From: Barthelona sp. PAP020
Lineage: Eukaryota
Assembly (NCBI GenBank): GCA_040182905.1
Contig: JARQWU010000001.1
Span: 1 to 64,000, forward strand
DNA length: 64,000 nt
Direction of reading: 5' to 3'
Shown here: positions 11,601-20,337 of the stretch, piece after piece
How positions within the stretch are numbered: position 1 is the stretch's first letter
Layout: every line of letters starts with the position of its first letter
Program-made: the position numbers and the translations under genes
The notes under the pieces: model-generated
Databases searched by the model: none
What the model saw: the letters and a program-made list of their open reading frames with translations, nothing else
Told to the model about the DNA's origin: nothing

Positions 11601-11743
11601 ACCAAAAAGATAATCAACGATATTATAAAAAATAAAGTTTCTTTGAATTTTTTACTCGTAAAAACTTTTGATTTCATCGAACAATAAAAATAATAATTGC
11701 AAATAAGTACTATCAATGAAAACATCAGGGAAATAATAATCAT
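5678..11743 (-). CDS. Large multi-pass membrane protein with a C-terminal calpain (CysPc + C2L)-like region; DEK1/TML-calpain architecture, probably inactive
   Basis: About 20 hydrophobic segments in the first ~870 aa. Calpain-like VLDTFFP...LVFGR...FFPLLEKLFAKIYGNYENL and GYW, then PQFHL at the start of a domain-III-like region. Confidence 0.72.
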   Translation of the reverse strand: MIIISLMFSLIVLICNYYFYCSMKSKVFTSKKFKETLFFIISLIIFLVVIVFTIIKYSKHYLVLDNLTYYNIHLIIMCLIIYLLTLINFRIFYQSIFITFRFKAFFYCLSLIFCFFWFQIIYKYSVLDKYYDFYNFFPFFMFEIIFSSTYKTKEYYNIDMKMVVGFFFERKNFEFTNKSYMNHFFRINNFFMLLFGILNDFRIVHDEKYINVFYQLENFLIFKSLLYLVIYFSNNFFCLLTLFNPITFSFSVLVYSLLIENKQLLTNIGYETIYLISFLSYILVDFVFYIFLINVRRYKTEIQYLFEKPSLIQQEIDKFKTKLHCNIKKFEFYKFLIKNFLKNLICAFIGLFIGYLFQWKFTGLIFQNIQVVLYFFGSFCLIVIFIIGCHFLKPFKAKDLDVITRIFTSTNFEKSLYDTIILKKKKMNDQEEDEEEEREKEKHQDDDDDDIENYWLKDNWTKDIILNVFQGKFPKRLTYQYLILTMFLILILILVHFVPEAFKFFFAISSYILCFYINWFSCFLVRSRWKVDERFHGTKLEIMARKIIYLRYIFSIIQGLCLIICIYFMFIETSYRKITLGSMILSMISLLAKIYNSKKAPNHFRYSLHTCLAIYFITILASNYLYFFSASTTKLQNTEMDYSFFLILFSTNLILSVSILKVAIDLNTGEKKKLIFPFCFHFIISLGFFFILYDGMYTYIRFGFFLFIFFLIFVSPFFHLFLIKKIKKKQSINRISIIYVLGMILCGFFGIFFMFLSGDGKTGTNDYMYICSLVVFVLVFLAIVRIPSEAFLTLSNKVYVAKNLNPTFFINEKDQIIESRIGIFMIFIMLYGWLFYNFLSVFLYYSNTSMLVFYSNSVLVYIFRILNGYQHTNYFVEIAPLLNENLLNNVYKNSVEYILKGFRKHFKKLESLHNDSTTLHSHYSQHTQSSPQKQQKIADQSSPDIDDISPTSSIPQQQTSCSLVNPLNLIDPISPTSFNGSVGSFNETIFNSEFLDNVNDGNSAFSFKNFENFEKFVNKNDSILFSEYIKFLKENIHSLKKQYRSLDKIVIDPAYKTITIEEIVEQRQNERNQKQVDTEFFFIEKNEIREKEFDEYEEDEPDEISNTSDISDVGLKILSFCDEVDRMFDKNQLLNQIKNYELQLKELKFLQKRLLGYFYVRLHQLIELELVNALHLITKWKTTHCPYFNMNLVRSHAELGEKLRENFRNFVKQRLEFNIVDIDDVEFCIVKFNSFESDNNENSQMKQEVDRLTTDTNTSVKRTITFDGLESNDDVLCEYDVKSEFVTFRAALNIVNDDDTFDEMTNKCIMNENESISTVSNDNLYYNTDSYEETMNEPNDTDTEIVELIQNTSVVSNNTVDSIKYEEEKEEEYDNGDKQNFVYENESIQTIEDESEMDVLDVIDEIDLVERVYVKSRSNYGRDSMEMIVDIENEAEIIPTEQDLKQKMRLVKTRIRTLFDEFEFFQQIFAQANEVDFNENLNEFLHFNKLLKDIKSCFIDLNDQTRVVLKEVEILESNISRFEADFHDFKGKLMNKPSIESNEELTKNLVEYLKILSFSRLHEKQYSDHKFLRSIFGKKYEMISIKICGFQKLFSHWSVGDASIPFVQGDNRSELGNIITLIQCLNQNQKLNELLIRFDKQSGVFLMKYYDLNTLQEKYEVLDTFFPSILNQLVFGRGVDSSQIFFPLLEKLFAKIYGNYENLSKKLTLVDGLKIVFGCYVDTFEKRTIFNNSILIQKFYTKIIDNLQNCITLCKTKENHQSYCIDGTCVLTELGLPSDTVFRIAGVFEDGDANNCKLLLFYVSPINNKCLECFEDFKDQESNFEGCYREHSMNWTQKLKNKAHTILSSKSNRSSHIQGYWLTLGELLDEMIIFSQCLLFKQNFKTKLKHVMTDKQIQTFEMNSSTLHFAPQFHLDCSKMKNEDEVEIFIEIVQRTKAVPLYCALIKHFDVPIKDSFEFEFVCSPNFSRDKTNLTRAILEPSSGYQFSVIPFIEENNPSKVIFEITVYCSRFQIDIEWSNK

Positions 11744-12135
11744 TATCGTTTAATTATGTCATATACTTTCCAATGACTTACATACATCAAAGGAAACAAA
11801 AAAAAAAAAAAGATTTAATTATTTAGGATTCATTTTTTGCTTTTGTTTTGAATTAAAGTCATACTTTTTCCAATTCGTTTGATTTATTGATTAATCTTTG
11901 ATAAAAAAGAAAAATAATGTTAAATCATTTCTAAAATATCTCAAATCTTTTGCCGCCTCATAATGTCATTAGTTTATTGTGATAAACATGCAATTGTTGG
12001 ATGATAATTTTTTTTTTTGAAGAGCAAACTGAGATTGTTTTGGGATGAACATAAATAGTTGAACAACAATTTATTTTAACAAGAAAAAATCAAACAAATT
12101 TATAAATAATTAACTTCCTGTTGAAAAAAACTAGC

Positions 12136-13632
12136 TTACATTTCTAATTTGATAAAATTTTGAGGATTTGTCCATTCAGAAGGGTCTTCATTGTTGTCAA
12201 TCATTCTTTTTACATTTTCACAAGCTTGACGAACACATTCCTTTGCATCAGGTAAATCAGGATATAATTCAACCATACGTGATGCATCCAAATTGGCAGC
12301 AGGACGATCTAAATCTCCACTAGGGTCAATATGGATGGTTTCCCATTCATGATCAGGTTTAACAATATCACGATACAGAGTAACAATTTCGTGATGAGAA
12401 ACAACACCTGGAACATTAAAATTAATTGAACCGGTAACGTTTCTTTTTGCCATATCTGGAATCAAGGGGAAAAGAACATCAACCATTGTTAAAGACATAG
12501 GAATGGAGTTAAGTTTGGGGAAACGAACCAATTTTCCCAACATGGATCTGGGATTGGTGGAATGAGTGAAAGGGTAAGAAACACGCAAGTTCAAAACATT
12601 GTCAAATGACTTCCATAATTTTTCAAGTTCAACACGCATTTGAGCATAGAAAGAATCAGCACAATTTGGTACATCATCTTCAGTGAAACCTTTGCCTCCA
12701 AGAGGATGCTCAGCATCATATTTATACATTGCACCAGTTCCAAGTACAGTACAATGAATACCTTTTTGACGACAAGCTTCAGCAACAACCAATTGTCCAG
12801 TAACATTAACAAGAATAGTCTCAGGTTGATGTTCATCACACCATGAAATATTAGGACGTCCAGCAACACCAGCAGCACAAATAACATATTTGGGACGATA
12901 AGTATCAAGGTCTTTAAGAATTCCTCTCATGTCTTGAACAAATGCACTCGAAACAACATAAGTGTGACCTTGTGCTTCCAAATATTTGACAATATTAGAA
13001 CCCAAAAATCCATCATGACCCATAACCATAAAATCGTATGAGGGAGGACTCTTAACGGCTTCATTATGATCAGGATAAACTAATGAACATGTGTCAACGG
13101 AATCAGGAATGGGAAGACCAGTATCGACCATCCATTGAGATACAGTGTCTTTGGGAGAAATAATATATTCATCAGCAACTGGCCATTTGATATTAAAAAT
13201 AGGATCACGCCAGTTAACTTCAATATCTTGACCAGGTTTGAAGCAACCACCTTGTAAATATACAAAATGAGTGTCATCTGCATTACAAAAGAAACCATGA
13301 GCACATCTTTCAGGGATAATAAGACCTTTTTTGTTTTCTTCAGATAACCAAACACCACACCACTGAAGATAAGTGGGAGATTCAGGACGTAAATCAACAA
13401 AAACATCATAAACTTCACCAGTAACACAAGTGACTAATTTCATGTATGGTGCACAGTGCATACCACGAAGAGTATTTTTCTTTGAAACTGAAACTGAAAC
13501 TTGTTTGATATCTTCACTCAATTCACCGATTTTGTCATCATTGAACATTTCTTGGAAATATCCACGATAATCACCGTATCTTTGATGATCAATAACATAG
13601 GCGTCTTTAATAGGTAAGGGGGTTGGTTTCAT
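12136..13632 (-). CDS. Fusion of RmlC-type NDP-4-dehydrorhamnose 3,5-epimerase and NRS/ER (UER1)-type reductase
   Basis: N-terminal cupin: DYRGYFQE, TLRGMH, KLVTCVTGEVYDVFVDLRPESPTY, CAHGF. C-terminal SDR: GHDGFLG, AAGVAGRPNISWC, GTGAMYKYD, GFTEDDVPN, NVLNLRV. Confidence 0.9.
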   Translation of the reverse strand: MKPTPLPIKDAYVIDHQRYGDYRGYFQEMFNDDKIGELSEDIKQVSVSVSKKNTLRGMHCAPYMKLVTCVTGEVYDVFVDLRPESPTYLQWCGVWLSEENKKGLIIPERCAHGFFCNADDTHFVYLQGGCFKPGQDIEVNWRDPIFNIKWPVADEYIISPKDTVSQWMVDTGLPIPDSVDTCSLVYPDHNEAVKSPPSYDFMVMGHDGFLGSNIVKYLEAQGHTYVVSSAFVQDMRGILKDLDTYRPKYVICAAGVAGRPNISWCDEHQPETILVNVTGQLVVAEACRQKGIHCTVLGTGAMYKYDAEHPLGGKGFTEDDVPNCADSFYAQMRVELEKLWKSFDNVLNLRVSYPFTHSTNPRSMLGKLVRFPKLNSIPMSLTMVDVLFPLIPDMAKRNVTGSINFNVPGVVSHHEIVTLYRDIVKPDHEWETIHIDPSGDLDRPAANLDASRMVELYPDLPDAKECVRQACENVKRMIDNNEDPSEWTNPQNFIKLEM

Positions 13633-13877
13633 ATTAAAAAAATTGAATAAGAATAAGTTGAAACGAAGTCTTCTTTGAAAAAATCATGTCACTTTTTTTT
13701 TTAATTTGCCATAAAAAGAACATTTCATTCAAAAAGATCTTTTGTTTTTTTATCTGTAATGAATTAACAAATGGAAATTCTCTGTATTTTTTTTAATCAA
13801 AATAAATCTGAAAACGGAAATAAGAAATATTTAATGGACAAACTTTTATTTTGGAAGCACACTTTGTTTGTTGAAGG

Positions 13878-14777
13878 TTAAGCAATAACTTCATCCGCAT
13901 GAGAATAGTAATTGTTGATAAAACTGCTGGTTTCTTTGGAAACGTCAATAGATGCATGTCTTGGGTAACACTTAATTATTTTCATGTTGTCAATGCTCTG
14001 TCTGACCATTGGAGATAATGAATTCAATTTCTCTTCAAACTTTTCCTGTGCCTCAGTGGCAATTTGTACTTGCTTTTCAAAACTTTGCATAACACTCTCA
14101 TAAACTTGATTGGAAAGTGCTTCACTATCTTGCCAATTGTTTTCTTTAATCAATTCTTCAGCCAACGCATCAGGAGTATCAAATTCAAGACTGAAATCGA
14201 CATCGATAGTTTTTCCATCAATGGTCATTTCATGTCGGGCATCTAATGGTGGTTTGAAAGGATTTCTTAACGGTGCAAAAACATAAGGTTGAGCGTACTC
14301 ATATTCCAATTTTTTAATCTTATTCATGGCATTTAAGGCAGTTTTTCTTTGAACACAGGTCATATAACGAATGTTTACATCAAAAGAGCCAATTCTATTA
14401 CCTGCATAGTCCTCACTTATATAGGGAATCCATTTTAATTTCAATTTTCTCATAGGAATAATTTCTTCAGATGCCATTTGAACAGATGTCAATGAAACTA
14501 AGTCAGATGGCATAACATCACATTTGACAATAACAATAATAGGGACAAATACCATATCAGAATCACATTCTTCATCTTCATAATTGAAATTCTCTTTTTT
14601 GACTAAAATAGCTTCAGATAGTCCAAACATCCAAAGTTTTTCACCTTCAAGGTTTTCGGCAATATAATCTTCTAAATGGTCAAAATCCCAATCTTCAACA
14701 AATAATTTGGAATAATTGTGCCATTCAGTTCCAATAAAGAATATGTCTTTCCATCGTTCATCGTGATATTGATTCAT
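13878..14777 (-). CDS. HEAT INTOLERANT 4 (HIT4)-like protein
   Basis: FFIGTEW...WDFDHLE, PSDLVSLTSVQMASEEIIPMRKLKLKWIPYI, CVQRKTAL, YEYAQPY and MKIIKCYP...SSFINNYY follow the motif order of plant HIT4. Confidence 0.75.
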   Translation of the reverse strand: MNQYHDERWKDIFFIGTEWHNYSKLFVEDWDFDHLEDYIAENLEGEKLWMFGLSEAILVKKENFNYEDEECDSDMVFVPIIVIVKCDVMPSDLVSLTSVQMASEEIIPMRKLKLKWIPYISEDYAGNRIGSFDVNIRYMTCVQRKTALNAMNKIKKLEYEYAQPYVFAPLRNPFKPPLDARHEMTIDGKTIDVDFSLEFDTPDALAEELIKENNWQDSEALSNQVYESVMQSFEKQVQIATEAQEKFEEKLNSLSPMVRQSIDNMKIIKCYPRHASIDVSKETSSFINNYYSHADEVIA

Positions 14778-15068
14778 TTTTCAAAAAAGCAAAAAAATGA
14801 TTGTGATGAGGAATTTGCACTAGTTTTTCAAAGACCATTTTTCTTCATGATATATTTTATATTTGTTCGATCTTTTGTTTCGTTTTTGATATTTTTTCCA
14901 ATAAAAAGAAGTGTTGAGTTCTTTTTTTTTTTCTTTTCTTCCATCCCAATTCTTTTTAAATTGAAAACACACACACATACATTGAATCAATTAATTGAAA
15001 ATTGCTAAAAATATTTATATTTCTGCTGCTACAGGGTTGAACAAAGATACTAAAGAAAAGAAATATCA

Positions 15069-16208
15069 CTATTGAATAAAATTAATATTGGTAAACTCTT
15101 GATCAACATCCATATCAGGCATTTTACCTTCGATTTGAACATCTTCAAATTTTTCAAAAACCATCGTTACATAATAATGTGCTAAATCCCATCCAATGCT
15201 ATCAATACTATTTTCATCATTTAAAACCTTCATTTCCTTCATTAAACGGTAGTTTTTGGTTTCACCCTTTGTTTCGTGAAAGAATTGAATGAATGGTTTT
15301 GGTCTTGCAGCAAGACGCATTCCAAATTCTTTAGCAACTTCTTCCATGACTGAATAATGAGTAACATATTCAGTTTCATCTTCAACAGAACCTTGAAGAT
15401 AGAATTTATAGCCGCATCCAAACTTGGTAAATTTAATGGGTTTTTCAAACTTGAAATGAAAGAGTGCGTTTCCATATTGAACAACATCATCAGTGTCCAA
15501 TCCATAGTATGTATTTGGTAAAATTTCAGAAGGATCATCCATTCCATTAGCAGAAGAATCCTTCCCTGATAACATATTATCATAAGCCTCATGATATGTT
15601 TCTAATGGCACTCTGCTGTCAAAAGGATTCACTTGTGTTTGACGAACGCGTTTAACAACACAATCAGCATCAATAGTGGTACAAATCAAAATACCACCTT
15701 TTTTTAGTCGACATGAAACATTTCTGAAGAATGTACGAGCCTTTTCTTGATTCTCAAAGAAATAATGAATAGCCATTTGACAAGATACCATGTGAAAATA
15801 TAAACCTTTTGGTAAAGCATTTTCAATATACTGTGTCCCTAAATTACAACAAAAAAATCTGGCAAAATCGAAACCATAACCTCTTTGTTTTGATTGTGCA
15901 TATCTATTTACAGCTTCACTCAATGACTGATCAGCAATATCAATACCAACATAATAATTGGCTATTTTTTGCCACTTTTTTAAATCACCACCTTTACCAC
16001 AACATAAATCAAGAATCGATAGTTTTCGATTGCGTATTGTCGAAGAAAATAAATGTTTCATACGTTCAGATTGAGTATTAATTAATAATGCTTTTACATA
16101 ATTATTAAAAAATCTCACTGATTTCGTAGCCGTAGCTTCTCGACCTTTAACACCATAATTTAATATTTTGTTATAATGGTCTCTAATGGATGCATCATTA
16201 TCTGTCAT
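15069..16208 (-). CDS. RNMT: mRNA cap guanine-N7 methyltransferase (ABD1/RNMT)
   Basis: RFFNNYVKALLI, ILDLCCGKGGDLKKW, VSCQMAIHYFFE and FGCGYKFYL...EYV. First ATG is at 16208. Confidence 0.95.
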   Translation of the reverse strand: MTDNDASIRDHYNKILNYGVKGREATATKSVRFFNNYVKALLINTQSERMKHLFSSTIRNRKLSILDLCCGKGGDLKKWQKIANYYVGIDIADQSLSEAVNRYAQSKQRGYGFDFARFFCCNLGTQYIENALPKGLYFHMVSCQMAIHYFFENQEKARTFFRNVSCRLKKGGILICTTIDADCVVKRVRQTQVNPFDSRVPLETYHEAYDNMLSGKDSSANGMDDPSEILPNTYYGLDTDDVVQYGNALFHFKFEKPIKFTKFGCGYKFYLQGSVEDETEYVTHYSVMEEVAKEFGMRLAARPKPFIQFFHETKGETKNYRLMKEMKVLNDENSIDSIGWDLAHYYVTMVFEKFEDVQIEGKMPDMDVDQEFTNINFIQ

Positions 16209-16508
16209 CAATAAAAAAATCTATGAAAAAAAAGGGAAAATAATTAATACCTGTTATTTTATGTAATTATAAAGTGTTTCATAAAATTTATAAAAGTGAA
16301 ACAACTTCTTTGTGATATATTGTTGAAAAACTGGTTCTTTAAACCAAAAGCGAAAAGAAAAAACAACCATTGGTCAACACCAATTTTTTTGGAAAAGAAG
16401 GCATATTTTTCTGTGTTTGTACGCAGTAAGATTCATAAAAAACAAAAAAAAAAAAACAATCCAACAATTTTATTGATAATAAAGCATAAAACAAATGTCT
16501 TCAATTAC

Positions 16509-19500
16509 TTAATGGGCATTATTCTTTTCAAACGCAATTAAATCTTGAATAGAAGTGATGGTATCATCATCAACTTTCTCTTTCTTTTTATTCTTTATTT
16601 TTTTCATTTTTTTCTTCAGATCTTCTTGAACCTGTTCCAATTCAATTTCTTCATCTTGTAATAACGATTGTTGTCTGTACCATTCTCTTGTTTTTTCATT
16701 TTGAAGTTCAATTTCTTCCTGGGTTAATTCCTTATCTTTTGTTTCAATTTTCATCAATTTTAAGCCTTGTTTACTGATGAAAGGTTTTTTAACGGACATA
16801 TTGGATGTTTCTTTAGACATGTCGGTTTTAATTTCAGAAGGGGTCTTGGGTTTTGCAAAAATCTTTGGTTTAATTAAACCTTTTGGTTTTTCAATGATGT
16901 TAGTTGTCTTAACAGTTGATGTGGTGTCAAACATTTGTTCAAACAATGAATCAAAGGCAGCATTACACTTTTCAGATTCGATTTTCTCATTTTCTCTTGC
17001 TTTGGCAACTTTAAGCTCTTCTTCATACAAGAGTCGGTTGTATTCTTCAAATTGATCTTCTTCATCTTCATCATCATCATCTTCAGACTGTTCAATTGAT
17101 TCTTCTTCATCTTCATCTTCATCATCTTCAGATTGTTCGATTGATTCTTCATCCTCATCTTCTTCATCATTATTATCTTCTTCTTCTTCATCTTCTTGTT
17201 GTTGAGTAAGTTCTCGAATATTCTTCATATTTTCTTCTTGTTCTGGGAACTCTGATTTTTTTTGTCCGATATTTTCTCCCATATCACCTGCCAATGTTTC
17301 CAAGTGTTGATTTTCTTCTTCAGCAGATTTTAGGATATCAACTAAAGATAAATCCTCTTCAATGTTTTTATCCAACTCAAAAGCATCTTGTAAAGCAAAA
17401 TTTGCATATGTAGAAAGAACTCCCATATCAATCAAATCAGGAACTTTCGTTTCGAAATGTTTTAGTAAAGATTGAAGTTTATTTTCAGCAATTAATCTTT
17501 GTTTGCACTTAACCAATAGATTTGATAAAGTTGTGATTCTATTACTGATTAAAGACAAAATTTTTCGAACAATACTACCTGTATCCATTGTAGTTTTAAA
17601 GGCAGGGGGCATGCTAAGCATTAATAATTTAGATTTTCTGTATTCAAACTCACACAAAATTTTAAATATTTGGGAAAAACTTTCAATTGAAATCAATTTC
17701 AAATTGAATAGATAAATGAACAAATCAAAATGTCTTGTTCGATTTTGAAAATCAATAGCTTCAGCAACTTTGGAGGATAAATAGAGATTGCAACCTTCTT
17801 CTGTTGTGGCCACTTCATACCCCATAAAAATCAATTTTCTATCAATTTGACAAGTTCTGCTGATGAAATCAAATAACCGAGTCAATATTTGATCGATAAT
17901 ATCAGATCTTGTTCTGTACAATTTTGCCAAAGCTAAACTAATATTATATAAACCCTTAGAAGGGGTTTGAAATTGTAAAAGTTTATAAACAAAATATTCT
18001 TGACATGTAATGTTAAGAGGTTCCAAATCAATTTCATACATTTTACCTTCTTCCCAATAAATAGCACCTAAACTAGCTAAATCATCTTCAAACGGTATGG
18101 AAAGAATAGCTTCAGAAAAATCTTTAGAAGACATTCTTGTGCAACCTTGAATTAATAAATAAGAAATGAATTTTTCTAACTTTGTCTTTTGACGTGATCT
18201 ATTGGCATTTTTTTTGTTTGCTAAACTTCTTTTACAACTATTTAAAAAGCTTTCACGTCGTTGATAATTATCTATTTGTAAACTTTGATGCTTCAAAAAG
18301 GTAATCATTTCTTCTCTGAAATAATTCATTGTTAGGTAAAAATTACACAGAAAATATCCAATTGAATTTAAATAACAACTCATTAGATCAATATTCTGTA
18401 ATTTTAGGTTCTTTTTCAATAATTTATAAAGCTTTAAAATAAATTGATGATTAGGGTCATTTAATGTATTATAAAACGTGTCTTTATTGAAATTCCAAAT
18501 AATAAGTCTAAAAGGATGTTTTTTAATGTTGGTCATTTTGGAAGTTTTTCCCAAAGGTTTTGGTAATTTACAATGAGAATATTTTTGAGCAAAAAACCTG
18601 AATTTATATAATTCAATACTGATATAAAGCAATTTCTTTTGATAATCTAAATTTTCATCTCTAATAGTAACATTTTTTGAGATCTTTTGAAAAAGTAATT
18701 TTTGAATTTTTGCTAAAACCAATTTACGTACATCTTCAAAATATAATGATAAGTTCATCATCAAAAAACATAAATTTTTTAAATGCCTATAATTATACAT
18801 TTTCAATGAATCAAATATTTTCTTTATTAATAATCTACGGTATTTCTTTTCAGGATACTGTGTAAAAAATTGTTGAAAGAAAAATGGAATATCAAAAAAG
18901 TCATCAATAACATGTCTTCCAAAAAAACTTCTGAAAAATTTGAAAAATTTTGTCTTTTTACTTTCTTCTTGTTCTTCTTCTTCATTTTCTTGATCTTCTT
19001 CCTCTTCTTCAACTTCTTCTTCTTCTTGATCTTCTTCTTCTTGTTCTTTTGTTATATACATATCCAATGCAGGAAATTCAGTATAAAAATTGGGGTTAGA
19101 ATCATCATATAATAAGATATGAAACCAAGAAATCGTTGGTTTCTCCCCTTTGGCAAAATCCTCAATATTTGCAGTCCGTTTCAAAACAGGAGACTCAATC
19201 CCTAAAAATACACAAATGCTATCTGAAATATCGTCATAAAATTTTAAATGATCCAAAGCTTTCGTCAATTCTTCTTCATTTGGAACCATTGAACAATGAT
19301 TCTTTTCAATTATCTCTTCAGTTATTTGACGTATACTAAATAATGGACCATTGATCAATTGAATTAATAGTTCTTTGCACTTATTAAACTCTCGCGTTTG
19401 TTGAAGTATAATTCCATAACTGCTTACGAATTGTTTGAAAAACAACAAAACATACTTAAATCCACCGTCCTGAGAATCATATGAACAAAGCAATTTGACG

Positions 19501-20135
19501 ATATCAGCTGCATCAAACTCAAAATCAAACTTTATTAATCCAAAATATTTGGTTAGCAAATACAATTGCAAACAAAAAAACTTGCTAGCAATTATAGCAC
19601 GTTCATTTCCTTCTTGCTTGACAACATGATTGAAACCATTTGAAAATTCAGAAATGAACTTTTGGTCATATCTCAAACAGAGGTGCATTACATATTCCAT
19701 CACAGATATCATGTCTATTAATCTCCAATCACTCTTTAACTTGATACTAAATAATCCACTGACAATTTCCTTCAAAAATCGATTGAAATCAAAAGTTTTC
19801 ATTTCATTCAAATGATCCAACAATGTATCATATTTTAATGTCTTTAATTTCTTCACATAAGGTTTAATCAAAGTAACATTCGAAGATAACCCATTTAAAC
19901 TTAATCTAATTGATGAATTTTCAACATAATAATCTTGTAACTTTTTCATATTGGCTTCCAAAGATAATTCAACATTACATGATGTATTTTCAAAATCAGC
20001 TATTGTTTCCTGTGGATTATCATCAAAACTCATTCCTGCTCCAAATAAATCATCCATCAAACTGCTTGAATCATTATTATTAATACAACTCGATATTTTT
20101 TTAATTTTCTTCTTTCCTTTTTTAGGTGGGGGCAT
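16509..20135 (-). CDS. UPF2: Divergent UPF2/NMD2 (MIF4G-domain nonsense-mediated decay factor)
   Basis: LSSNVTLIKPYVKKLK...FNRFLKEIVSGL..IKLK...HLCLRY matches the start of the first UPF2 MIF4G domain. A long acidic tract and AFDSLFEQMF precede the C-terminal region. Start set at MPPPKK. Confidence 0.65.
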   Translation of the reverse strand: MPPPKKGKKKIKKISSCINNNDSSSLMDDLFGAGMSFDDNPQETIADFENTSCNVELSLEANMKKLQDYYVENSSIRLSLNGLSSNVTLIKPYVKKLKTLKYDTLLDHLNEMKTFDFNRFLKEIVSGLFSIKLKSDWRLIDMISVMEYVMHLCLRYDQKFISEFSNGFNHVVKQEGNERAIIASKFFCLQLYLLTKYFGLIKFDFEFDAADIVKLLCSYDSQDGGFKYVLLFFKQFVSSYGIILQQTREFNKCKELLIQLINGPLFSIRQITEEIIEKNHCSMVPNEEELTKALDHLKFYDDISDSICVFLGIESPVLKRTANIEDFAKGEKPTISWFHILLYDDSNPNFYTEFPALDMYITKEQEEEDQEEEEVEEEEEDQENEEEEQEESKKTKFFKFFRSFFGRHVIDDFFDIPFFFQQFFTQYPEKKYRRLLIKKIFDSLKMYNYRHLKNLCFLMMNLSLYFEDVRKLVLAKIQKLLFQKISKNVTIRDENLDYQKKLLYISIELYKFRFFAQKYSHCKLPKPLGKTSKMTNIKKHPFRLIIWNFNKDTFYNTLNDPNHQFILKLYKLLKKNLKLQNIDLMSCYLNSIGYFLCNFYLTMNYFREEMITFLKHQSLQIDNYQRRESFLNSCKRSLANKKNANRSRQKTKLEKFISYLLIQGCTRMSSKDFSEAILSIPFEDDLASLGAIYWEEGKMYEIDLEPLNITCQEYFVYKLLQFQTPSKGLYNISLALAKLYRTRSDIIDQILTRLFDFISRTCQIDRKLIFMGYEVATTEEGCNLYLSSKVAEAIDFQNRTRHFDLFIYLFNLKLISIESFSQIFKILCEFEYRKSKLLMLSMPPAFKTTMDTGSIVRKILSLISNRITTLSNLLVKCKQRLIAENKLQSLLKHFETKVPDLIDMGVLSTYANFALQDAFELDKNIEEDLSLVDILKSAEEENQHLETLAGDMGENIGQKKSEFPEQEENMKNIRELTQQQEDEEEEDNNDEEDEDEESIEQSEDDEDEDEEESIEQSEDDDDEDEEDQFEEYNRLLYEEELKVAKARENEKIESEKCNAAFDSLFEQMFDTTSTVKTTNIIEKPKGLIKPKIFAKPKTPSEIKTDMSKETSNMSVKKPFISKQGLKLMKIETKDKELTQEEIELQNEKTREWYRQQSLLQDEEIELEQVQEDLKKKMKKIKNKKKEKVDDDTITSIQDLIAFEKNNAH
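17057..17150 (-). repeat. 45-bp (15-codon) tandem duplication in the acidic tract of UPF2
   Basis: ESIEQSEDDEDEDEE then ESIEQSEDDDDEDEE; cttcaga occurs at 17081 and 17126. Confidence 0.8.
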
Positions 20136-20337
20136 TAAAAATATTATTATTTGAAAAAAAAAAATATTGAAACACCACCACACAACTATTTATCTTTTTG
20201 CATCTATAAAACTTTTATGTTTGAAGTTCTTTTGAACATTTATTTCAAAATTTTAATCCAAATTCTGAAAAAACTGAAAAATGATTGGAAAAAAACACTG
20301 TTATCTGAAAAGTACAGTTTTTTTTTTAACCTCTATT

